From Trichoplax adhaerens (lineage: Eukaryota; Animalia; Placozoa): a stretch of 64,000 nt of DNA. A program made the position numbers and the translations under genes. Position 1 is the first letter of the stretch. Every line of letters begins with the position of its first letter. Under the pieces are notes generated by a model, which had not been told where the DNA came from, did no database searches, and saw only the letters and a program-made list of their open reading frames with translations. The stretch covers positions 8,089,554 to 8,153,553 of the forward strand of contig NW_002060946.1 of assembly GCF_000150275.1 (NCBI RefSeq). Direction: 5' to 3'. Below, one piece after another: positions 53,308-64,000 of the stretch.

Positions 53308-55538
53308 AACGTTTAGAATGCAGACAAGATAAGGTTACTTCGTACTCCCCTTAATAGTATGTAAAGTGCAGGTAGTTCATAGTAGCATTAGAGACAGCAT
53401 ATTTACCTTATGCAAAACTAGATAGATAATTGTTATTACTTATGAGGATTTATGTCAAAGTAGAATATACAAAATTCTGCACGCGTAATTCATAAATAGG
53501 CGAAATTGAAATACCTATGTCTAAAAATGCAGATATTGGCCATACTATTTTATGTATTTTTATCAATATTTTATAATTTACGCAACCGTTATCTTTGTTT
53601 GATTGAGAAATAAATCTTTAAAATTTAAATTTCTTGGATCAATCATTGATATTGAGGAAAGTGAACAATTTAAATTCCATTGCTTTAGAGATGTTTAAAT
53701 TTAGTAATGGCTCTATGGTCTCATAGATACGCTTTCAAATAAACGCATTTAGCTGCAATAAATAGTACATGTCGTGATGATATACCGTAGTATTTATTGA
53801 GCGATATCATTAATAATCCGGGATAATATTGAGATTATAGTGTCCTCATTTTTGTTAGTAACCAATTAATCATGAAAGACCTAACAATAACTATTGAGAA
53901 GGTTAACTGTCAACAAATTCATAGAATGCTTAGGCTTACATTAATCATAATTTACATATATTTAAGTTGATTATAGTCATTAGAAAATATAAAAATTTGT
54001 CGATGAATAGTCATGTTATTAACGCTTGAAACAAACACTATTGTTATGAGAAAGTAAACTATGTTCAACTAGATCTTAATAACATTATATTTTGATTCTT
54101 TACTGAGAATAAATTACATCAGATGTGCGCAAAGATGAAAAAGTAAAACATTTCGTGAATAAGAATGCATCATTTTAACTTATCAAAAGACCGAACTCTC
54201 CATTAGAAAGGTTTCTTTTGGCACATAACTATAAATGCTGTAATTCTAAATATGAAAGCTTGACTTTAATTTATTACTACTAAGGATGATATTTAGTTAT
54301 GATTTAAATTCTTACCAATGATAAAGACAGCCTTAAGAGATCGTGAATAACTCACAAAAAATTACCATTCCCGGATTGATGTTATTTTCTCCTTTCGACT
54401 ACTGTATGGCATTAAACAATTTACAAGTTGATTAGATTTGTAAACCTATCAATATTGCAATGCAATATCAATACCAGAATCAGTGTTCATTTTAGTTAGG
54501 AGAATTTCTTCATATTATTTATAACGAAATGTATACTCCGTAAACAAGTAATGTTAAGAGTAAATAGTGCTAAATGTGTGCAAGTCTTAGCGTATCCTCT
54601 AATAGAGTTTACTACACAAATAAACGTAAATTACTGCATTTGTTCTATGCATACGAGTACAAACTACGCGAATCCTTTCTTTATTAATTATTTGAATTGT
54701 ATTCCGAATTTTTTCTAAATAATAGGTTAGTAAAGCTCAACAGAAAATTTATATATTCTTCTAGAACTATTTGTGCTACGCTTCTTATGATTACATTTGC
54801 TAACAGCAATGTATGCGGTATTAAAATTTGCAAATATATTGCTATTTTAACATTCTAACTGTAAAATAATAAAAGCTGCATAAATCAGGGCATGAAATAT
54901 TTGATGATAATAGTTACTATAAACTTTAATGAATGCATTATATCCAAAGTCTAGTAATAATCTATTTACTATAGCTAAACTTCATTTATATGGTACATTG
55001 TTCTTCCATTTGTATACAATCTGCATCATCTGGACGAAAATTAATTATTCCATAGTATAATACGATCTGGTTAACTTTTTCCCCAATAAATGTAATGAAA
55101 GGCATAATTAGGGCTGTACGTCAAGAACAACAACTCCATGCTTAAGCATCTCTTTTATTTTCTTTCACTTGAATTAATGTTACTAAACTTTCTATACCGA
55201 ATGTACCGCAATTAATATGATTAAAGGATATTCGTGGAAGTATAGGCAGTTTGAGACTTGTCAAGTTCATTAACGTCAAGACCATGATTAGCGTTTATAT
55301 TTTTGATCTGTGGTACGATCATACAATGATGAATGGTCAGCATTTTATTCTTGTATTCACAAATTAATTTCCCCGGCGTATAACTCAAAACACTTGCAGA
55401 CTTTACCACAGGGTAAATTGGACAAAGAAGTTTGGCTCCAATACCAGTTCAATGTCTTTAATTTACTGAATAACTTTAACTATTTAACGAAGACCGTAAC
55501 GATTATCTCGAATTCAAGATTAAGTTCCAGAATTAACC

Positions 55539-56483
55539 ATGGCTTATATTTTTTTGGCTGCAGTAGGAGGATTTGGCGCTTTATTATGTTTTTCTCTAGT
55601 GATATTTACGTTAAGCCGCCGCCAGCTACGGTCACCAAGTTATGCTTCCTTTATAAGCTTATGTACTAATGGGATACTCTTTGGTAGTTTGTATTTAATG
55701 CCAAGGTATGGCACAGATTTTTCTCGTGATACTCCTGTAATTTGCCATATGTTACCACGATTAGGTCAAGCACTTTTACTTAATGTTGGTCTCCACGTTT
55801 CTGTAATGACTATTGAACGATATTTCGCTATCGTATATCCATTCAAATACCAACGATTTATAACTAGAGGAACTGTAATGGTTATCATCTTATTTTTATG
55901 GTTTCTGGTTATTGGCTTGCAAGCAATTGTTAGTGGACTCGAATTCATTCAAATTAATCAGACAGTTGCTAATAAATGTGCTTATAGTAGAGGATTCGAA
56001 AACACCAGCAATCTTATTAATGCCGGATTTAGCGTTGCATTAAGCTGCTTAACGCTAATCATCTTAATTTACGTATATACACTTGTTTTAATCATCATAA
56101 GACGCCACCAAGACAAGATTCGTCGGCAACTTACTCTATCGAATCCAGATAAAATAGCAGTTAAAACTCGTAAAAAAGCAGTATTACAAACTGGTTTGCT
56201 TTTTGGTGTTTACTTGGTCTTCTTTTTACCTTTTCTTTTTGTGACTGCTTTTTTACCTCGTTTGCCATTCAGCAAGCCGTTATATTATTTTTATATCAAC
56301 GTTTTGCGAAATATGGCGTTCATTTTTCCGTTTATTCAACCCTTGTTATATTTAAAATTTACGGCTAATATTAACAGAGAGTTAAAAAGCATTCTAGGAA
56401 ATCTTTCAGTACATAAAAGTGCTGCTAGTAATCCGAATATTGCTATACTTACTTTTGAAAAATCGATAGGTATGCAGATATAG
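55539..56483 (+). CDS. Orphan rhodopsin-like (class A) GPCR, 314 aa, single coding exon
   Basis: Seven hydrophobic segments, ICL1 LRSP, TM3 Cys (VICH), MTIERYFAIVYPFKY (DRY variant), TM4 Trp, TM6 FFLPF and TM7 QPLLY (NPxxY variant). Confidence 0.9.
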   Translation: MAYIFLAAVGGFGALLCFSLVIFTLSRRQLRSPSYASFISLCTNGILFGSLYLMPRYGTDFSRDTPVICHMLPRLGQALLLNVGLHVSVMTIERYFAIVYPFKYQRFITRGTVMVIILFLWFLVIGLQAIVSGLEFIQINQTVANKCAYSRGFENTSNLINAGFSVALSCLTLIILIYVYTLVLIIIRRHQDKIRRQLTLSNPDKIAVKTRKKAVLQTGLLFGVYLVFFLPFLFVTAFLPRLPFSKPLYYFYINVLRNMAFIFPFIQPLLYLKFTANINRELKSILGNLSVHKSAASNPNIAILTFEKSIGMQI

Positions 56484-59090
56484 CAAGATTTAAAACCGTA
56501 CGTGATCATGTACTTGGGTGTAGGATTGAACAACTATTCTGTGCCTATTTTATTTCTTAGCGACATAGTTACAAGCAGTTTCAGATAGATTGGTCTATTT
56601 TGCTGTCTTTATTACTCAAGATAGAATAATATCTGTTGGGTTTGGATTAGCAAGACTGATCTAAATAGTCACTACCGAGTACAGCCAATAATTGTATGAT
56701 TACTGATACATTGATATACTTTTGCGCATTTATAATATAGTTTAAAATTTTTAAATGGCTTATTCGATATCGATATAGTTTCTTAAGTACTCTTATATGT
56801 ACACAATCCATAACTGTAGATAAAAGTTACGGTAGCCAATTCAAAATTATCCAAGATAAGTTCAAGCTCGCGAGAATCTCGTAGACTATTAGTAGTAGGC
56901 GTAATTAAATTTTAAATTATCTATCCCTGGTAGTACACACGGTGCCGCAAATGTACTAAGATTTTGTAGTAATTTGGTACTATACCGCTTTATACACGTA
57001 CAGTATATCCTTATTAAACTCGTCATTTTATTGAATAATGATTACCGTGGCATTAATAGAGGAAATTGAGAATTTACTCTTTTCTATAGGCGACAGAAAC
57101 TGAAATAACTGAAATGAAGTAGTTTCTTTGTTTACTATTAATTATTACTAATTTACTATCCTAAGAAGTGAAAAATGCTACTATATCTGTAATTAAGTCA
57201 ATTGATGCAAATGAAATAAAGACAGTGCATTCGCACCTCCTGCTAAGATATATTGATACAGATGGATTTTCTGAACATAATCTACTGGTATAAAATAATT
57301 ATTGAATCATAATATCCCATATATAGAATAAAACTAATAGACGCATATCCTTTTACCTATCTGAGATATTATTGAAGTTTCGTTATTAACTTAAAATTAT
57401 GGATAGTACCATAATAGACTCCATGAAATGATCAAGATCGAACGCGTAGGATATTTACAGAGCATGCATTCATATAACTTAAACAATTAATAAGCTATGG
57501 TATATTATAGGCTGTTATCATCACAACGTTATATTGACTATCTGCCATTTTTTTCCTATCAGTAGAGTTGTTAGATGGATTATTTATAAGAATTATAAGA
57601 ATAAAGTATTTTACTGTCTCTTCATTAAAAATGTGTTTACATATATCGGTTCAAGTAGGTAAGATTACTCCAATCGTATATAATTTCATAAATCACAACT
57701 CATGGTATGCTATGATGTAAATTAGACGTATTTTCGTGCTTTACTATCCATGACATAAAGCCAAGTTATCCTAACATTCTCATAATTAATTGTGAATTGT
57801 AATTTTTCGCAACTAGATCTATCTTAATATCAAAATGACTTAAAGATCTTATACGCATATAGCAAGTTGTGATATAACTGATCATGAAAATCCAAAAGTT
57901 ATAGAAAATTAAAACTTTATTAGATCTTTATACAAATATAATCTACGCACGCCTCTACTCTAGCTGAATATAACTACTAAACACTTCTAGAAAGAACTAA
58001 TAGAATAATCTAAGCTGCCAGCTCGTATACTTTTGGTAACATTTACAACGACAATCAGCATAGTTGCAACATTCTACCATATTTTATAGATATTCAGATT
58101 ATTACTAGTGACACCATTTTAAAGCGGATCATCATCAATCCAATGTTGAAACTACTAAAGTATTTACGTACGCATAATTTTTACTAGTTAGAGTACGATA
58201 AACTAGCCATATCATAATATATGAGTATGAATTACAGTTCTATTTTTACCTCTAACCTCAATAGTAACTCGAAACCCTACTGTACAGTGTATAATCATCT
58301 GTACTCTAGCGTAGAATCTTTCATTACAGTCCATGCTTATGAACTACTAAATATGTATTAAGTATTAAGAAAAAATATCGAAAGTCACGCTACCGTATAT
58401 CATACTAAACATGGCTAATAGTCTACAATCCCAATACAAAGTTACGTTACAGGCAACTATGAAGATTTTACTTCCATATCCGGCTTCAATAATTATCATT
58501 GCACTAAAAGCTTGAGCTCATAGGATCATGATGTGATTGTTATATTACTATAGAATTAAATATTAATTTGTTGAAATTTTATTTGTTGACACCTGGATAC
58601 TAATGTAAACATAGCTATCGAATGATCAAAGGCATAAATTAACTAAAATTAGCTTTGTAATACCCGTTGTAAAAGAGATACAGTTAAATTTTACTTAGTC
58701 TACGTTGATTAGATTGCCAAATTTTATAAGTATATATACGTATTTTGACGATACTTCATTATCCTGAACGTAAGTCTATTCTACATAGGCAAGTGGCTTG
58801 TTAATCTTAGTAGAGCGATAGGAATGTGGCCATTTCTAGAGATTATTAAAACAACATTAGACGAATCCTTATATATCATAGGATATTATATGTAGCCATC
58901 TAGAATGGATACTTACGTAACATCGACACACAATTGTTAATCCAATCATATTTGAACTCATTATTTTAATATTGCTCTCAGGCAGATTAGACTGACTTGA
59001 CAAATAAATAGGATATTTTGGTAGAGCAAGATACTCAAGCCATTTTACTTCGTACTTGAATTGATCGTATAATAGAATAATTATAAAAGA

Positions 59091-59767
59091 ATGAATTTTT
59101 GGCTGATCTTGATCGCGTCTTACTTCTCTTGATAATTACTTACGCTGCTAAGATCATTTTGAATTCAAAAATCAAGTAACGAAAAAGAAAACATAATTAA
59201 AGTTAGCGATGTTGGCGATAAGAGTGTTGTAAGACAGTGAAATATCGTATTCTAAGTTGATAATATATTTAGTAATGTCTACCGTAGATATTGCGTTTAT
59301 TTACACGTAGGTATTGTGTTCAACGTGTAATAGATATTTCGTTAGAGGCTTAAGTATTAAATACGAATATAGCTAGCTTAGTAACTGTATCGTTTTGAAG
59401 AGAACTACTACAATGCTCACACTAGAGCTTCACATGAAAGGTGTAAATGATTCTGTATTTAAGATGCTAATAATGGAGTGTGTAGTAAGTAAGGTGCTAA
59501 GATTGTTAAGGCGGAAAAGTATATAAGCGAGTAGTTTAGTACAATAAAATACTTCTTTCTCGTTAGTGATCCTCAGCTGATCGATTACGTTGTATCTTTG
59601 CAAACAAGGTTTTTTTCAATAAACCTTAATTTTCGATAGGTTTGAAGATTCTTGATCTATCAACCTCACAAGTGTATATGAGTGTATATGAAGTCGAACA
59701 ACAGGATCAAGACGCTAATATTGAAGAACTAGAAAAAGTCGCATCTTCTATAAAATAGATGGTTAGT
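59091..59767 (+). pseudogene. Decayed paralogue (C) of precursor B exon 1, interrupted and frameshifted
   Basis: atgaatttttggctgatcttgatcgcgtct...gaattcaaaaatcaagta aligns with B (atgaacattaaattggccttgatagcgtcg...gaattcgaaaatcaatta) with frameshifts and a stop. An acidic remnant EVEQQDQDANIEELEK lies at ~59690, followed by a stop and the same GTTAGT donor at ~59762. Confidence 0.6.
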
Positions 59768-59984
59768 ATTAGAGTGCCATAGCTGTTATATTGTTGATAT
59801 GAATCTACTAATCTATAAGCCCATGAGTGAAATGCAGTATCTGATGTTTGTATGCTTATAAAGTCTGGCAGTCAATTATTAGTTAAAAAAGTTCCAATAT
59901 TAAATCCGGTTCTATTGCCTATCAATGGAACTATGTTCAATATTACTATAGTAACTTATGTCGTATTTCTGATATGCCTTGCCT

Positions 59985-60275
59985 TGCCTCAGGCCTATAA
60001 TCTCAGACAATTTGAAGCGAATAATTTAGCGCATTGCATTATTATAACTGTATAGGATTGAAGGCTGTAAAATTTCAGACTCACTCTTTTAATGCTATAT
60101 CCTGTACCATTACTAATGCAGTTTTTATACTATACTATAACTTATACTACGTTATATGATATTTTCGACAAGTCTTGCCTAAGGCTAATATCTCAGAAAA
60201 TTTGAAGCAGATAATTTAGTGTATTACATTATTATAGCTGGATTGAAAGCTGTAAAATTCCAGACAGACTCTTTT
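59985..60275. repeat. Local duplication (~105 bp x2, ~190 bp apart)
   Basis: cttgcct.aggcta.a.tctcaga.aatttgaagc..ataatttag...ctgtaaaatt.cagac at ~59983 and ~60174. Confidence 0.75.
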
Positions 60276-60992
60276 TAGAATGTAATCCAGGAGCAAGTTA
60301 GCACTTTGGCAGAGATAAGACCCTTCATAAAAGGATTAGGCTTTAGTAAAGTTCTAAATGCAATATTTTAATGGATCCTTAGTGGATGAATAAACAAGAG
60401 AAGTCTAATTATACGGAGTCTCATGCAGCCCATTAAAGCTCTGTTAAATTGCAATGTGTTCATTCAGCTATTAAGTTAACTTAGGATCTGATATTGGAAA
60501 GTGAATTTCGTCCGTAAGAAAATTGCAACTATTGCTCTATTTGGAAAAGAGTTTCCATTTACTTAGCACTATGATAATTATTATAATAAAACATGCGTGG
60601 AAACCAAATTTAGTTTTAGGAGTTTGCTACACCAATGCTATTCTATGATTTGTACTGGACAAAAAATTTTTTTTTTGGATAATGATGAGAATCGGCACGT
60701 AAAATTTGCATTAACGGCCAGACAAAGAAGTCATAGCATTTTACTCACTAAGAATGAGTCGGCATTTAATATTGGAGAAAGTAAGAAAGCAAGTGAAGAG
60801 TCGAAAGTAATCTCCTGTTATCTAGCTTAATGATAATGGCATAATTTTACTGAGAATAGAAATTACAATAATTTTAGAGTTACTGCTATTTAATAATCAT
60901 TTATAAGATCGCTAGTGTAAACAAATCAAATAAATATAGTCTTATCGCTGTCTTGGCGTTAAAAAGTGGTGAATGAATACAGGTCTAATAAT

Positions 60993-61460
60993 NNNNNNNN
61001 NNNNNNNNNNNNNNNNNNNNNNNNNNNNNNNNNNNNNNNNNNNNNNNNNNNNNNNNNNNNNNNNNNNNNNNNNNNNNNNNNNNNNNNNNNNNNNNNNNNN
61101 NNNNNNNNNNNNNNNNNNNNNNNNNNNNNNNNNNNNNNNNNNNNNNNNNNNNNNNNNNNNNNNNNNNNNNNNNNNNNNNNNNNNNNNNNNNNNNNNNNNN
61201 NNNNNNNNNNNNNNNNNNNNNNNNNNNNNNNNNNNNNNNNNNNNNNNNNNNNNNNNNNNNNNNNNNNNNNNNNNNNNNNNNNNNNNNNNNNNNNNNNNNN
61301 NNNNNNNNNNNNNNNNNNNNNNNNNNNNNNNNNNNNNNNNNNNNNNNNNNNNNNNNNNNNNNNNNNNNNNNNNNNNNNNNNNNNNNNNNNNNNNNNNNNN
61401 NNNNNNNNNNNNNNNNNNNNNNNNNNNNNNNNNNNNNNNNNNNNNNNNNNNNNNNNNNNN
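60993..61460. other. Assembly gap (N run)
   Basis: 468 consecutive N. Confidence 1.
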
Positions 61461-62993
61461 TAATCAAGAATAGTTTTTACCGATTATCTGTGTACATTCT
61501 AGCTGAATTGGTAGATTAGCTTTCGCAGTGCAACTATCCAAATTATAATATTTCGATTACCCTAGATAAGAGCATCAACACTGGTGATAAAATGAATTCT
61601 ATAAACATAAGGAAAATTTAAAGGTAAGTCCGGGTTAGAGTCATATTTTTCATGTAGCAAACTAACTCCTTCCGCCGTTCATTTGATTTCAATAGATCGT
61701 TTATTGAGTATTCATGTTACCTTATTAGTCATAATTTAAACAGACTTTAATAATTTCAATAGCGGCAGACTTTGGTATCATTGATGACTATCCTATAACT
61801 AATTAATTTGGCTAAAGTAAATGAAAAATATAGGAATGAAACTTCAATAAACAAGTTTTGAATTAGGATTATTTTTTCCTTGTGATATCATCACGATATA
61901 CTGAATGTAATTGTAGCCATGATTAATTTATTCCATTGTTATCTCAGAATATAGATAGCAAGCTCAACACTTGAATTATAAAGATTAGTGTATATGTTCC
62001 TATATACAGTATAGTTAGTAATATATATGTAATGTTTATATTAATTTCAACTCAAATCCTAATTACCCTGTCCACAAGGCTCTTATAAAGTAAACAACGT
62101 CAATTTTCTTTGTTTATTGATATGGAACTACATGTTGCCTAAGGCATCTGGTAATCGTATGCTATTAGAAATGTTCACAATCAGCATCATGTATGTAAAA
62201 CTGTCATTATTCCATCTTAGTACTTTAAATAACAATCTTAAGAGAAATTTTATTGAGATCAGACTAATTTGTAACAACCCATTGAAAATATTATCTTAAT
62301 ACTCCATTTATTATGTGACTTCAACCCGTCGTTAATACTTTCATTTCCCTGATTTAAAACACAAAGAATTGTTACCTTCCTCTTTATTACCTTTTCGTTA
62401 TCCAAAATGCACTATTTTTACAATAAAGCATATAAAATTGAAGATAATAATAAGCGTGTGAACAAATAAAAACGATGTTTTTTAGTTGAAATTTTCCTGA
62501 ATTATCGAAATTAAAGATATCGATACTGAGGAAATTACAATGCAAACACTCTCAGATTGATTAGAACTATGACTTTATTTTAATTTCGCTCGAATATTTA
62601 TCAATCATTTATAAAAGTAAGACGTTCCTTTTGTTAAAGCTAGGATATATAAACAGCTATCTTGCAGCTCAAAATCTTAACCACTGGAAATCGAACACTA
62701 AGCTTCCTTAAAATATTGTCTATTGCTTTACTTTGGAAATTCAGGAAGGATCGCAGAATTTATCTCAAGAATTAATTTAGAAAATTAAAAGTTGTTGAGG
62801 TACGTATTAACATTAAGCGTTTTTTAAAAATCAAGGTTATAGTCGCAATAATATGTATTAATCATTCAATCTATACTATATTCGAAGATGCCGTATATTC
62901 ATCATTTCAATTTCAATTCGAATACTACAGTCCATCCAGTACTAAAAATTAATCTTTATTTCATTGACTATACAGAAGGATCATTGCAAGAAA

Positions 62994-63243
62994 ATGAATA
63001 CTAAATTGGCTCTCATTGCGTGTCTATTTCTCTTTGCATTTGCTTACGCCACTTAAAAATTTTTTAAATATATCTATCTAAATACTAAAACTCTTTTCAA
63101 CTTGAAATTTACTATAGCAGGCCTTTTGGCGCCGTCGCCGCCGCCGTCGTCGTGCTCCAGCCCCTGCTCCGAAACCTCGACGTCCCATCATCTTCCATTT
63201 TTATCGTCGTCGACAGATTTTCGTCTATGGCAAAAAACGATAA
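62994..63243 (+). pseudogene. Paralogue D of precursor B: signal MNTKLALIACLFLFAFAYAT then stop (62994-63056), propiece and donor missing, but intact cationic exon 63121-63243 (AFWRRRRRRRRAPAPAPKPRRPIIFHFYRRRQIFVYGKKR)
   Basis: Signal is nearly identical to B, with TAA where B has GAA. No GT lies between the stop and the TAGCAG acceptor at 63115-63120. The last exon is open for 40 codons. Confidence 0.72.
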
Positions 63244-63660
63244 AATATTCACTACAGAATTAAACTAGTTTATAAGGTCCATTTTCCTAAAATTAGAGAG
63301 CAACCAAGACAGATAAGAATCGTATACTGTCTATATTTTGCTAAACTAAGAATGTAGAATATTTAAATGCTATTTTATCGCATCTTGTTAACAGTAGTTT
63401 AAAACTGAATGATCCGTAAAGTATTACTGCTAGTTCATGGCTAGACGAAGTAGTCTATAATTGCAATATCAAATTAAAATTTTTCAGTAATAATATGTTA
63501 TTTACGTTATGTACCTGATATTGCCTGTATCTGATCCTAGTCTTCTTTTTTGGTCACAAAATAAACGTTTCATATACGATGAATTCAAGGCCTTGAATGT
63601 TGGAATCAGATTTTGATAGTTCTCCAATCAATTTTTCCAAGGAATAATTGTTATACCAAC

Positions 63661-64000
63661 AAGTTCAGCCAAGCTAATTACTAATGATAGTTCCTAGTCT
63701 TTATAATATCGAATTACTCTTTAGCCATATGAGCTTAGATAAGCTCTTTGTGATGTCTTTCCAAATAGATATGGTGCCGATTCTATAAAGTTACTTTACA
63801 AATTGATACGATTCCTGAGAATGCGCTCATACAGTACTCTATATGAATACTGGAATTATTCATAAATAAAGTTTAGTCAAGCTAAATTACTAATGATGGT
63901 TCCTAGTCTTTATGGAATCGCTTAAATTACTCTTAGTTGTATGTACTTAATAAAGCCTTTTACGTGTCTTTCCAAATAGACATATTATCGATTGTATAAG
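63661..64000. repeat. Local duplication (~130 bp x2, ~208 bp apart)
   Basis: aagtt.ag.caagcta.attactaatgat.gttcctagtcttta...gtctttccaaataga at 63661 and ~63869. Confidence 0.8.

Noticed and set aside
55310-55669. 119-aa ORF overlapping the GPCR start, with a phase-compatible donor at 55413
   Set aside because: No ATG in that frame after the stop at 55304, so a coding N-terminal extension cannot be supported.
60966-61473. ORFs spanning X residues
   Set aside because: Artefacts of the N gap.

Overview
AT-rich eukaryotic (animal) genomic DNA with many short GT-AG introns. The compact genes, a 42-aa TPR gene and an intronless orphan GPCR suggest a placozoan such as Trichoplax, but this is an inference. 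The left two-thirds holds: the first coding exon of an N-acylated (MGCGSS) protein running off the left edge, FAM241-like, an ATP11-type P4-ATPase flippase, CCDC160-like and PELP1 (head-to-head), a TPR gene, ERCC5/XPG head-to-head with a two-exon 71-aa microprotein, and EFHC2. Several local tandem duplications are present. The most interesting part is 47-63 kb, largely invisible to the ORF track because of splicing. It is a same-strand cluster of small secreted precursor genes built as signal peptide plus very acidic propiece in one exon, a phase-0 intron, then a strongly cationic C-terminal exon. The cluster has one amphipathic Lys-rich member, one intact Trp/poly-Arg member and two decayed paralogues, one of which keeps an intact poly-Arg exon ending RRR-QIFVY-G-KKR. 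A rhodopsin-like GPCR lies inside the cluster. It looks like a birth-and-death cluster of antimicrobial or signalling peptides. RFX X-boxes lie upstream of EFHC2 and CCDC160. There is an assembly gap at 60993-61460.
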